Shown one piece after another: positions 1 through 11,199 of a DNA stretch of 64,000 nucleotides. The stretch is taken from NCBI GenBank assembly GCA_004022145.1, contig RCNU01000001.1. One strand, written 5' to 3'. The number at the start of each line of letters is the position of its first letter. The stretch's first letter is position 1. Under the pieces are notes generated by a model, which was given only the letters and a program-made list of their open reading frames with translations, had not been told where the DNA came from and made no database searches. The stretch is from Paecilomyces variotii (lineage: Eukaryota). A program made the translations under genes and the position numbers.

Positions 1-396
1 GAGAATCGCCGCTTGGAGCCAGCGTCGATCAAGGCCATACCAATCTTCTTACCCCAGCTCAAGTTCCTTAGTGTACCAGGGGGGTTAGTCGACAATAGCT
101 TTTTCGAAATGCTCATCGAGATGTCCACCCCGATAGCACTTGAGGTCCTCGAGTTCGGGCCCTGTGATAGCGATGGACTCCACTTCTCCTATTGGGCGCT
201 TATAGATGCGCTCGATAAGGGACTGGCTAATCTCCGCACAGTTGGGTTCCATGTGAAATGGTGCACTGAGGAACGTATCACGGAAGACGAGTATATCGAA
301 CAAGCCCTGAAATCTCGGCATGAGATACCCACTACGAATGGCGATGCTGCGGCTGAGGCTGATGAAGATGTTGATGTGGGAGTCTATTATACATAA
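1..396 (+). CDS. 3' end of a gene running off the left edge; putative leucine-rich-repeat (RNI-like) protein with acidic tail
   Basis: Frame 1 is open from base 1 (ENRRLEPASIK...) to TAA at 394-396. LxxL-like units (LPQLKFLSV, LEVLEF, LANLRTVGF), normal GC and codon use. The family call is pattern-based only. Confidence 0.55.
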   Translation, partial: ENRRLEPASIKAIPIFLPQLKFLSVPGGLVDNSFFEMLIEMSTPIALEVLEFGPCDSDGLHFSYWALIDALDKGLANLRTVGFHVKWCTEERITEDEYIEQALKSRHEIPTTNGDAAAEADEDVDVGVYYT

Positions 397-1030
397 TTAA
401 TGACAGATCACTCTTAGGCACCTCACCTACTAGCAACGAGTTCCCTAGTCCTGCGTTCAGTTCTAGAGACTTCGTACAGTATAGACACACCAAATGGCTA
501 ATCTAAACGAAACTCTAAAGACCCACTGGAAAGCTCGAGCACCAACATTCTACTGGCGATGGTCGCCTTAGAAGACGATAGTGATCGAAGGATAAGGGCA
601 AATAAGCTTAGATTCTTTGATATACGATATAATGGGGCGGAAATGAGAGGATTGTGTATATAGAATTTACCCTTTGGGCGTCGCATTTAGAATAACATGC
701 CCCGGTCTTTCTGGTCAGGTTTTCGCTCTTATAGAACGGTCTGGATATAATAAGAAGAAATTAAACGTCTGGGAATTCAGAACAGTTAAAATAATAAGTT
801 CCTAATGTGAACATCTTACACTTTTCTAGCTGCACTGTAAGCGCGCATGTTTATTGAATCGCTTTTACCTAGGCATTACTTGAGAAAGACTGGATATTTG
901 GCCTGGCGAATTTGATTTGTAAAGACAAGGTGCCTAAGCGAATGAAACAAGGTCTCAGCCAATACAATTATGAGCAACACGTGCCTAGAACATATCAATA
1001 CCGCATTCTGAGTTCCTGCTATCTGCCAGC

Positions 1031-2424
1031 TCAGGCAGAAGTGCTAACAGCGCTACTGGTAGCAGTAGCACTCATAGGGGGCAAGCTACCCATTCCAGCC
1101 ATGTTCATGCTGAAGTTGTCATTGACTTCAGCTCCCTCTTCAGTCCAATAACCCTCAGGCGAGAGGAAATCGTCTCTCGTGCTATTCACAGCGATCGAGA
1201 TCCAGGCAAAGATGCCATCTGATACATCGTCACCCAGCAAGACGTATTCCACGAAGGGGTCAGTCGTATCAGCCTCCGTTGCAAGGATGCTGTCGTTAGA
1301 GTTCTCTGTCAACTCCTGCGTGTTGGTCGAATAGGGGGTGTTCTTCTCGACCTCGGTGATGAGATCCTGATCAAAGAAAATCTGACCGACATGCGACGAA
1401 TGCGTGTCATACATGCCAGCAAGGGTGCCGTTAGGAAGAATCCTCGTCTCATTGGCGGGATATGTGACAACTGTTAAGAAATCGTCAGCAAGAGATCTAT
1501 ATAATAGGGAAAGATTCTAAGTTGTCAACGTACCATGGATATGCACGGCTCTGCCCGAATAGTGACCAGGGAAGATGCTCTCGAAATGGACCACGCCATC
1601 ATTGCCGCTAGGTTGGATACCGCGAAGGAAAGTAGTATCGGCATTCTCAGTATCGTTCGAGTTGCCGTTTCCATTTGCCACTACACCAGAATAAACACCC
1701 TATGATGAAGTCAGGCATATAGAACAGCGTTTATTCAAAACAAGCTGGTGCACTGACCGTTGCGTTACAATGCCATATATCGGTATAGATGTTCGGCATA
1801 GGGTTGCAAGTATTCGTATCGACAAGCTGGATGTCGAGATAGAGGGGGACACCCTGCTGATCCTCAACCACATTCTTACGGATCAGCTCACCGGCAACGT
1901 CTATCGAAGTCAGTACACTTTTATTTGTGAATGCGGTCCTGGTCTTTCTCACAATAGGGTCCTTGCGTAACTTCAGGCTGTACGACACAAGTTCCTTCTG
2001 ATGCGAACAGTATAGCGGGATCTGTAGAAGGGTTGACGTTGGTCAGGTTGGAATGATGGTTTTTGGCCAGCACAGAGTCCAAGTCGCGTGCTCTCAGATA
2101 GCGAGCATCTGAGAAAGGTTAGTTATATTGTGATAAAATGCCAGCCATTGGGTATGCCTCTTGATTTCTCGACGTACCAGTATTCAAGCCCCTCTTCTTG
2201 CGCAGCTGCTGCACAGCGTTCTCACGACGCGCAACGTTGGCATCCTCGACACCGCGGGCCTTGAGTTTCGAAATGCACTGCGAAATACCTCGCGAGTGGA
2301 TGGGGTTATTGCGCAAGAAAGCAGCCCTCTCGGCAGCTTCTGCTTTGACATCGTGTCCAGGGTGAGCGAGTACAACACTTGCCAGGGCAGCAAGGCCGAC
2401 AGTGAGAGTAGAAAGTTGAACCAT
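1031..2424 (-). CDS. Secreted intradiol ring-cleavage dioxygenase-like protein, ~383 aa; exons 2424-2178, 2108-1953, 1900-1758, 1699-1534, 1470-1031
   Basis: Four GT..AG introns with branch-like CTRAC/YTAAC sites join to 1152 nt in frame. Signal peptide MVQLSTLTVGLAALASVVLA-HPG. Motifs PEVTQGPYYVAG, DIWHCNATGVYS, FLRGIQ, FPGHYSGRAVHIH (Tyr/Tyr/His/His Fe ligands), GQIFF. Ser/Thr-rich tail. Confidence 0.92.
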
Positions 2425-2975
2425 TGCCAGGTCTCTAGAAATGAATCAATAAAGGAGCAATTGAACGGTATGAAGTTGGCTCTCTGCGAGGAGGTTGACT
2501 GAATGAGAAGCGCCGTTGTTGGCTTTCTCCTTCTCAATATATATCTTTCTATTTGTTCATGAGAACCGGGATGCAGGTCTACAAAGTATTTGGCTCTATC
2601 CCATAAAGGGTTTATAAGTACGAGCTGGCGCAGGAGAAGCTCTCCTCGTACCTCAAGCCCGACGTATCACCGTCGTTTGGTTTCTCATTCCATGTCTTCG
2701 AGGCATTGATCTGGTCTATTGGATAGGGATAAACAAGGTACATACTTCTCACCTCCAATGGCCATATTTTCGTAAGCCAGCTTACGGCGACGAACACTGG
2801 CCTCGTAATAACTGGCAAGGCACAATGATAACGGAGCAGAGATTATCACTGGGGTTGATCGCAGATCGTTCCCGGAAACAGCCGGATATAGATGTTTTTC
2901 TGCGTACTACGGATGGTCTGGAGGACTTGGCATAGCGGGCTGTGAAATGCAATTATGCCCCATGGTCAAATAGAC

Positions 2976-2999
2976 TTATTATTATGATTATTATTATTA
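2976..2999. repeat. Short imperfect (TTA)n microsatellite in the intergenic region
   Basis: ttattattatgattattattatta read directly. Confidence 0.6.
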
Positions 3000-3965
3000 T
3001 GGCTCCAAATGTTATGGAACCAGAAGGTCCTCATACGCTTGGCAATGATTGAAAACGCATACTCATCTATTGGCCGCGTCAGTTTCTAGATTCCCCGGGT
3101 TGTCTGTCTTTCAACTTTTAGTCTCGATGATCCTCCCCCGGCCTAGGGGGCTTTCTACTAAGCTTGTTCTTAACACCGTATTAGTGGCGTACAATATTCG
3201 TCTCGTATTTTGAATTAAACGCCAGGAGTTCTGAAGTGGCATTCACTCCGCGTATAGGACTTCGCGTGAGGTGGCAAGGTCATCCTGTCAACTGGATACA
3301 TGTCGTTATCTTCTTATATGAAGAGGCAATCCCCTAAAATACCATAATGTTCATTGGTGTCCGTATAATCCGCAGATTGCGTAGCAGGCGAATTAGCAGG
3401 GCCACAAAGACCCATACGCAATGGAGCTGTAACATCTTGGCAGAGCACTATGAACCTAGGAGCATGGCAATGATGGACAGCTTTCGAGGCTATGCCGATT
3501 CCTCTTATTAATTCTAGCGTTGTTAATGCATGAAACAGATCGGCCGGATATCTACATTTGCGGTAAGTATAAACGATCATGTTTCGACGCGCGGTCTGTG
3601 CCAGAAACAGCACCACCTATAAAGCGGAGAAGGCGTGTATCTTATATGAATGAATTCTTGGCTTAAAACATCTTCAGCGCCTTTCCCGTCCTCCCTGTTG
3701 GACACTTGAGAATGTGGAACTACTCAATACCGGAAAAGGAAAGAAATTTGCACGTAGCCGGGCACAGCCGACTTGAGGCCATACGTACGTACTCCTTTGT
3801 ATGGACAAATGTTTATCTTGCAGGGTGGCCGACATAAAAAAGGATGCGACAACAGCGTGGGAAGGATATGTTTTTCCAGAAAGGTAGGGGCAAAGTCGTA
3901 CAGATATTCGCTTCTCTTTTCTTTTACTCCACGAGAATTGCTGTACACATTGAATATAGCCCATC

Positions 3966-5003
3966 ATGCTCGTTTTCTGCAAGCTACTCGTTGCTCTTCT
4001 AGTGACAACTATCGTCGCTGCCCATCCTGGACCGGATCCGATTCTTCCTCGTTCAGCAATTCAGCGTCGTAGTACATTGGCCAGGCGATGTGCCAGCCAT
4101 GTCGAGAGTTTTAACAAGCGCCGTATGGCCAAGAGAGCGATGAACAAGCGCTGGGCAGATTCAGGTCGCAACACCACGGTTGAAATCACTACGGAGGCAC
4201 CCTACTACGAAACCATTCAGAATGACACCTGCGTTCTCACCCCCGAGGTGACTCGTGGTCCGTATGTCTGGCCGCGCTCCCAGACTCTACGTCAAGACAT
4301 GACCGAGGACCAAGTGGGCGTCCCCCTGTGGCTTGATGTGGGAGTGCTGGATATGGCCTCTTGTGAACCTCTACCCAACGTCCTCCTCGATTTTTGGCAT
4401 TGCAATGCAACTGGCTCTTATTCTTCGTTCACTGGACTGTCTCCAAACACCGACTTTGTTAAACTCCTGTCTGAGTTAAACATTACTGATTATGATTTGG
4501 GTGTTACCGACCTCCATACGGACGACACGACCTGGCTTCGTGGAATGTGGCCTACCAACAAAGAGGGTCTCATGGAAATGAAGACAATATTCCCTGGTCA
4601 GTCTGTTTAAGGCAGAGACGTGTAATCACCGCAAACTACCTAACCTATATATGCCCCAGGATTCTATACCGGACGTTCTATTCATATCCACGTACAGGCC
4701 CACACCAACTGGACTCTCCGAGGAAACGGTACCCTAGTATCCAGCAACACTGTCAGCACTGGTCAGATATATTTCGAGGAAGATCTGTCGCAGAAGATAA
4801 TGGCCTTACAGCCTTACGCCTCCCATACGCAGATCAACCGCACCACTAACACTAATGACTCGGTTTTCTCCCAAGACACTGCGGGAGGATACAACCCAAT
4901 TGTCTCCGTCGTCCCGGCAGACGGCAAGGATGTAAACAATGGCATGATCGGCTATATAACTATCGGTGTTGATACAAGCGCCATTGAAACATTCAATAAA
5001 TAA
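3966..5003 (+). CDS. Secreted intradiol ring-cleavage dioxygenase-like protein, ~324 aa; exons 3966-4596 and 4660-5003
   Basis: Intron 4597-4659 (GTCAGT..CTAAC..CAG) gives 975 nt in frame. Signal peptide then AHPG. Motifs PEVTRGPYVWP, DFWHCNATGSYS, WLRGMW, FPGFYTGRSIHIH, GQIYF. Confidence 0.92.
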
Positions 5004-5306
5004 CCAAAGATATCTTGTATATAATGGCACTGACCATGAAATTGAAAATGAGATATTAGACTTCTTGTTGTGTATATTGAGCCCCACGAGCATTTCTAAA
5101 CCCGTATGCCACTGGAAGCCTACACTGCATTTGACGGATGTTATGCTGTTAAACTTTGAAAAGATTACCCTATAACTTATCGGGATATAATACTCTTTTA
5201 TTATCATTTGTAGTTATAATAGTGACGATCTCGAGGGTTTCTACTTAAGCTTATAAGTCTTTTTTTTTTGGCCGAAGGGTTACTGGGATTTAGGCTAGCT
5301 CCTAGG

Positions 5307-7997
5307 TGTCACGCTCGAGCAGACTAAATCAGATTCATTAAAGCTTCTAATCTAGTATGGCAGTATAATAGAGAACTTTAAGCTAGAGAAAGAAAAGAAA
5401 AAGAATTTAGAGAAGGAATCCTAATTCTTTTATTTATAGGATCCTTTATTTCTTAATTACTTCTAAATAATATAGGCAGTTAGATATTCTGCCGGCAGAT
5501 TCTTCTCTCTATCTCTTTATTAGGTTAGCGCTGTGTTAGTACTGTAATATTACCCCCTTATTTAGGCTAATTTGTTCCTAAATTAGTGAGATAATTATTA
5601 TTCTCTTATTCCTCTAGATAAATCTCTTTATTAGTATAATTAATCTAATAGTCTAAATTAGCTAGCGGCCTAGATTTATTAAAAAATTTATTATAGAACT
5701 CCTTAAGCTTTAGCAGTAAATTTTTAAAGTTTTTAATAAGATATTATATTAGATTTTTATTATACCTCTTCTATATAGCCCTATATTAGAGATATTTATA
5801 TCTAGTTTAAATAACTAAGATTTAATTAACTTCTTATTTTAATTTACCCTAGATCTTAGCCGGCAAGGGCTCTTTATAGATTTAATAAAAAATAGGATTA
5901 TTTAGCGCCCACTAGAGGTAATTTAGAAAGAATATAGGTTAAACCTTTATAATATTAGAGAGCTTTAATTTCTAAATATTTCCTATTTTTTTAAAAACCT
6001 TAAAGGGGCCTTTTATTTAGTTACTAAACTTTTATAAGGGTTAATTAAATATCTAGTTTATAGATTTAATAAAAACCTTATTGCTAATATTAAAATTAAC
6101 CTCTTAATAATATTTATTAGTCTATCTCTTTTACTATTTTTAGGCCTTCTTAATAAAGGCTTCTATTATCTTCTAGATCTATTAAAGCCTATATACCTAT
6201 TACTAAGCTTTAGTTTAATTAGCCTTTTTTAATATTAGGATAGACTATAGCACTAGTTACTAATTAAATAAAATATAGGGCTTATATTTATATTTAACTA
6301 TAAATAGAAATATTTTTATAGATTTTTAGGTTAGTATTACTGCTATAAAATCAACTATTAATAAATAATCTGACTAATTATCCTAATAGTAGCTAATATA
6401 GGGTTAGAGTCTTTAGGCTATATATTAGTTTAAAACCTCTATTTACCTGTTAATCTAGGGGTATATAGCTAAAAAAAGCTTTAACTTTACTCCTAGCAAG
6501 AAATAAAATTTATCTTAAAAATTTAAAATAAATTACAGTCTGCAATTAGAAACTATTATATTAAAAGCATCCTTATAATAATATATATACTTAAAAAAAA
6601 TCTTAGCTATAGTCTGTACTATAGCTATATTATAATAAAAAATTAAGATAAAATACTTACTAAAACAGTTAACTATAATAAATATTATATTATACTTATA
6701 TTTATTTTTTAGGAAGGATTAGAAGTCTATTAAGATATATTACTATAGTTATTTAGAAATAGGTAATAGTTAAAATAGCCCTAGTAGAGAGTTTTAAGGG
6801 TTTTTAGTTTAGCGGCAGGTTAAATAATTATTAATATATTAGTTAATAAAACTAGTTATTTAAGGCTAATAATAGTAGGATTTTATTAGTTGCTATATTT
6901 TCTAGCATTTAGAATAGGCAGTAGAGACTTAATAATAGACTTTATTTAAAAGATATATCTGTAGATTTCCCTAATTTAAAATAATTAATTATTTACTATA
7001 TAATAGGAGCTTATTTATTAATTAATATATAGAGCCTTCTTAGCCTATATCTTTACAGAACAGTACTAGTTTAGTATTTTTATAATTCTCTCTAAGAATT
7101 CTATTTACTAGGGTAAACTCTCTAGTTAATATTAAAGCTAAAAGGGTCTCTTACTCTATTAACTCCTTCTAGATTTATATATCTAAGACTTTAGGTCTTA
7201 ATAGACGCTAGGTCTAGTATTAGTTTATCTACTTCTTCTAGTAGGAGATATTCTTTTTTTATTATAATAAGATATCGGCTAGAGTATTTAACTTCCTTAA
7301 GTAATATTAAATTAAAAAATAATAATAAGATAGAAACTTCGCCTATTAAGCCTATTTTAAATTTAATACTTTAGTAATTATAAAGTATTTAAAAGCATAG
7401 TAATCTATTAAAATATTAAATAGCTTATTTATCTATAAGCCTATAAGCTCTGCATACTATTTCTTAAGGGCTTATATAATTGCTAAAAGCTCCTTATTAT
7501 AGATTAAATAGTTATATTTAGCTAATACTATTATCTTTAAATAATAGGCTATTAAATATTAGAGATCTTATTTATTTACCCGCTAAGTAAGTATAGTAAC
7601 TATAATATTATTTAAAATATCTGTCTTAATATATATATTCTTATTAAAATTATAATTACATAGAATTAATGCTAATTAGAGATATTTCTTTAATATTTTA
7701 AAAGCCTTATAATACTTCTAATTAAAGTTAAAAGGGTAATTTTCTTTAATTAGGTCTATTATTAATCTTGTAATATAACTATAGTCTTTAATAAACCTCC
7801 TATAAAAGTTGCAGAAATCTAGGAATAAATAGACTTTATAGACTATTCTAAGCTATTCTCAATCTTAAATAACAGTAACTTTCTTAGAGTTAACTTTAAT
7901 ACCTTTTATGCTAATAATAAAACTAAGATATTTTATTTATATAATATAGAATTCGCACTTTTTAATATCGGCTTATAGGCTAGCTTTTTATAAATAG
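5307..7997 (-). mobile_element. Ty3/gypsy family A, copy A1: 3' LTR (5307-5549), PPT, chromodomain/integrase/RNaseH part; interrupted at 7997 by family B
   Basis: Collinear with 40067-~42765. LTR starts TGTCAC. Reverse-complement PPT (ttaccccc) directly after the LTR. Confidence 0.9.
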
Positions 7998-8929
7998 TAT
8001 AGTAGGGGAAAACAGTAGAGAGGTTTTAAGAATATAATTAGGTTAGCAAGTTATATGCTATTATTAAAAGAAGTAGCTTAAATATTTCTAATAAGGTATA
8101 AGAGGAGAAAGGGCATTAATTAATTAGTTAATATAAAATAAAATAAATAATCCCCTTTTAATTATATTTTAATATTAGTTTAATATTAAAGCAGCCTCTC
8201 CTTTATTATACTATCTTATTCTTTAAGCTTCTCTTTTAGCTTTATTTTAAGGCCTAAAGACCTAAGCTACCCTTTCTTTTCTTTATATTTTTATGCTCTA
8301 AGACTTATTACTAAGTCTTAATACTCTTTTTTATAATAAATTAGAGCTAAATATAAGGGGTATTAAAATATTAAGTAAAAATAAGAAAGAAAGAAAAATT
8401 AAAAGCTAAAGTTAAGGCAGAAGTTAAAAAAAAGGATAAAAAATAATAAAAAAATAAATAAAACAGCTAAAGGAGATTATTACTATAAATAAAAAAAGAT
8501 AAATATATTTTATAAATTAATAAAGACAGCAAATATAATATAGGATAAAAGTATATATTAGCAATAAAAGAAAGAAAAAACTATTAAATATAAGGAAGAA
8601 CTTAGCAGATATAAAAAAAAAGCAAAAATTTAAAAAAAATAAGAAATTATTAAGTAAGAACTATTTATTAAAAAGTAAAAGAACTTCTTATTATTATCTT
8701 TATTACTATTTCTTTAAAAAAAATATAAAGAAAAGTACTAATCTTTTTAATATTAATAAAAATAAAAAAACTTCTAACTCCTTAATATTGCCAGATTTAA
8801 AGGTATAAATAGCTTAAGTATTTAAAAATATAGGGCTATTAATAATATAATTAATCTAAGTTATATTAACTCTACAGATATTAATACCTAGAAATCTAAA
8901 AGCACTATATTTTAGACTGGTTATATAGG

Positions 8930-9115
8930 TAGTTCGGTTTAGTTTGGGGGAGGGTTAGACCGCCTATAGCGGGTTTTAGTTTAGGGTAAGAAAACTATAC
9001 CTAAACCAAACTGTATTTTGGCGGTTTAGTTTAAAATTAAAAAAACCAAAATATTTGCTAAGACCGGGCGCTAAACTAACTTAAGTTAGATTTTTCTTAA
9101 ACAGTTCGGTTTAAA
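8930..9115. repeat. hAT left subterminal repeats (CGGTT/AACC motifs)
   Basis: Multiple ttcggttt, ggtttagttt and aaacc motifs. Short subterminal transposase-binding repeats are established for hAT elements. Confidence 0.7.
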
Positions 9116-9749
9116 TAGTTTATATAGTTTATAGTGTTAAAGGTATTAATATTTTATATTATTTTATATTATTATTAAATTTATATCCTTTTAAATCTAT
9201 AGCTAAAAAATAGTTTAGATATAATATTATTATATTAAATCTAAAAATATAAAGATAGTCTTTTAAGATATTATTAAATATTAATATAGACTTTAAAATA
9301 ATTGTTATAGAAATATATATATATATTTATAAACTATAGTGCTAATAGAGTATTATTAAATAATATATATAATTTATTATAAAAGCTAAAGTTATTAAAT
9401 TAAAGAATAGATTTTATTTATTATTATTATTTTTAATAGAAAGTAATTTCTAGATTATTTTTTTAATAAGTTAATAGTAAAATTTATATATAATTAGTAA
9501 GTTATAACTTCTATAGAAAATATATAAATTCTATATATTTATAAAGTTTATTAAAATTCTAACTTAAGTTTAAACTACTAAGATTATATTATTTTTATAG
9601 CTATTTTTTTTTTATCTGGATATAGTTTTTAAGTTAAATATTATTCTTTTATAATAGATAATCCCCTAATTAAGCTGTTTAATATAGCTATTCTATTATA
9701 AATTATAGATACTTATTTTACCTTAATTTAGCTTTATTAATATAATATT

Positions 9750-10800
9750 ATAATAATAAAATTAAGGTTTTTTTCTTATTAATTTTAAGAAATAATTTTG
9801 TATTAGAAGAAGAAATTAATGTAGTTATTTTTAGCTAGGATCTTGTGGATTATAATCCTAAATTATAAGATACTTTCTCTTATTATTTGAGGAAGTAATT
9901 AAAGTAATCCCCTAAATATATCAGAATTATTTGTCCTAAATTAGATTAGTTATTTATATTTTTATTAGTGTACTAAATATAATAAGCTAGGTTACTTAAT
10001 GCTTTTTTACGGTAGACTATAAGTAGAAATATATATCTTATATATTAATATCGGGTAATAAAGTTTATTAATTTGTCTTTTAAATAGCATTAGGAAAAGA
10101 AAGAAGGCGAGGATAAATATAAGAATATCTCTTAATCTTATTAAGCTAAATAAGAAATATAGTAATTTTAGATAAAGTAGCTTTAAGATTAGTAAAGATA
10201 TCCTTAGGAATAATTAGATTAATCTTAATAATAACTATTATAATCTAGGGCTAATATCTTTTTTTTTTAAAGGCAAATTGAATGAGGTAGTTTTAAAAGA
10301 GAAATATTAAGATTTTATAAAGCAATAGTTAAGAAAAATTATAAGTTATTTATTGTTATAATAGCTCTAGATGCGGAGGGTAGTTTAAATAGATAATCTG
10401 AGCCAGAAAAGAGTATTTTAACTTAAGTTAAAATATATTAGAAGGTTATACTTAAAGTGTTTAGCGCTATTTTAGCTATATTACTAAATAAACTAACTAT
10501 TGCCTATATATAACTTAGTCTATAGAGGAATAAGATAAGTAATAAATATTATGTGCTAATCTTTTAGTTAAATATATCTGATTAAAACCTAGGAATCTGA
10601 AGCGCCTTTAAGATATTATTATAAGCTATTAAGAAAGAAATATAAGTAGTAAGTTATTATAAGATATTATTAATAATAGAGATAATAATAAATTAAATAT
10701 ATAATAGACCTATTTATAATTTAACTTAAGTTAAAATTTATAAGTTTGGTCTTTAAAAAGTAGGCAAGGCTTACTTATTTAATTAGCGGTAATCTTATTA
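9750..10800 (-). pseudogene. RIP-degraded intron-containing gene relic of unknown function inside the hAT; boundaries approximate
   Basis: Minus-strand introns 10774-10710 (GTAAGC..TAG) and 10451-10398 (GTATAA..CAG), and a further CTAAT..TAG acceptor near 9936. No recognisable protein motif. Confidence 0.45.
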
Positions 10801-11199
10801 GTAATAGTTAATTAGAGCAGTAATAGAATAATTAATAAGGGAGCCTAGGGAGTCTCTAATATTATATATCTATATATATGCGATTTTCTAATTAGGTATA
10901 GTCTATATTGGGAGTATATATATTATATTATTTTTTTTTTTATTATATTTATTTCTTTTATTAAATATATTTTTTAATAAAAAAAGTAGATTCTAACCTA
11001 GTTAGAATTTAATTAAGGAATTTTAAGTAAGGAATAGCGTATAGACTAGATAATAATTTAACTTAAATTAGATTATTTTTAAGGATATAAGGGAAGATTA
11101 TTATATATTATTATAAGTTACTAACCCTATTATAATTAAAATTCTAACTTAAGTTAAAGGCTCTATAATTTTATTTATTAGAGAGATAGTATAAATAAT

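Noticed and set aside
85-5207. Small ORFs overlapping or between the three genes (e.g. 85-321, 912-1151, 2161-2502, 2184-2537, 3314-3616, 3674-3982, 4547-4849, 4806-5207)
   Set aside because: Shadow or alternative frames of real exons, or short intergenic ORFs without recognisable motifs.
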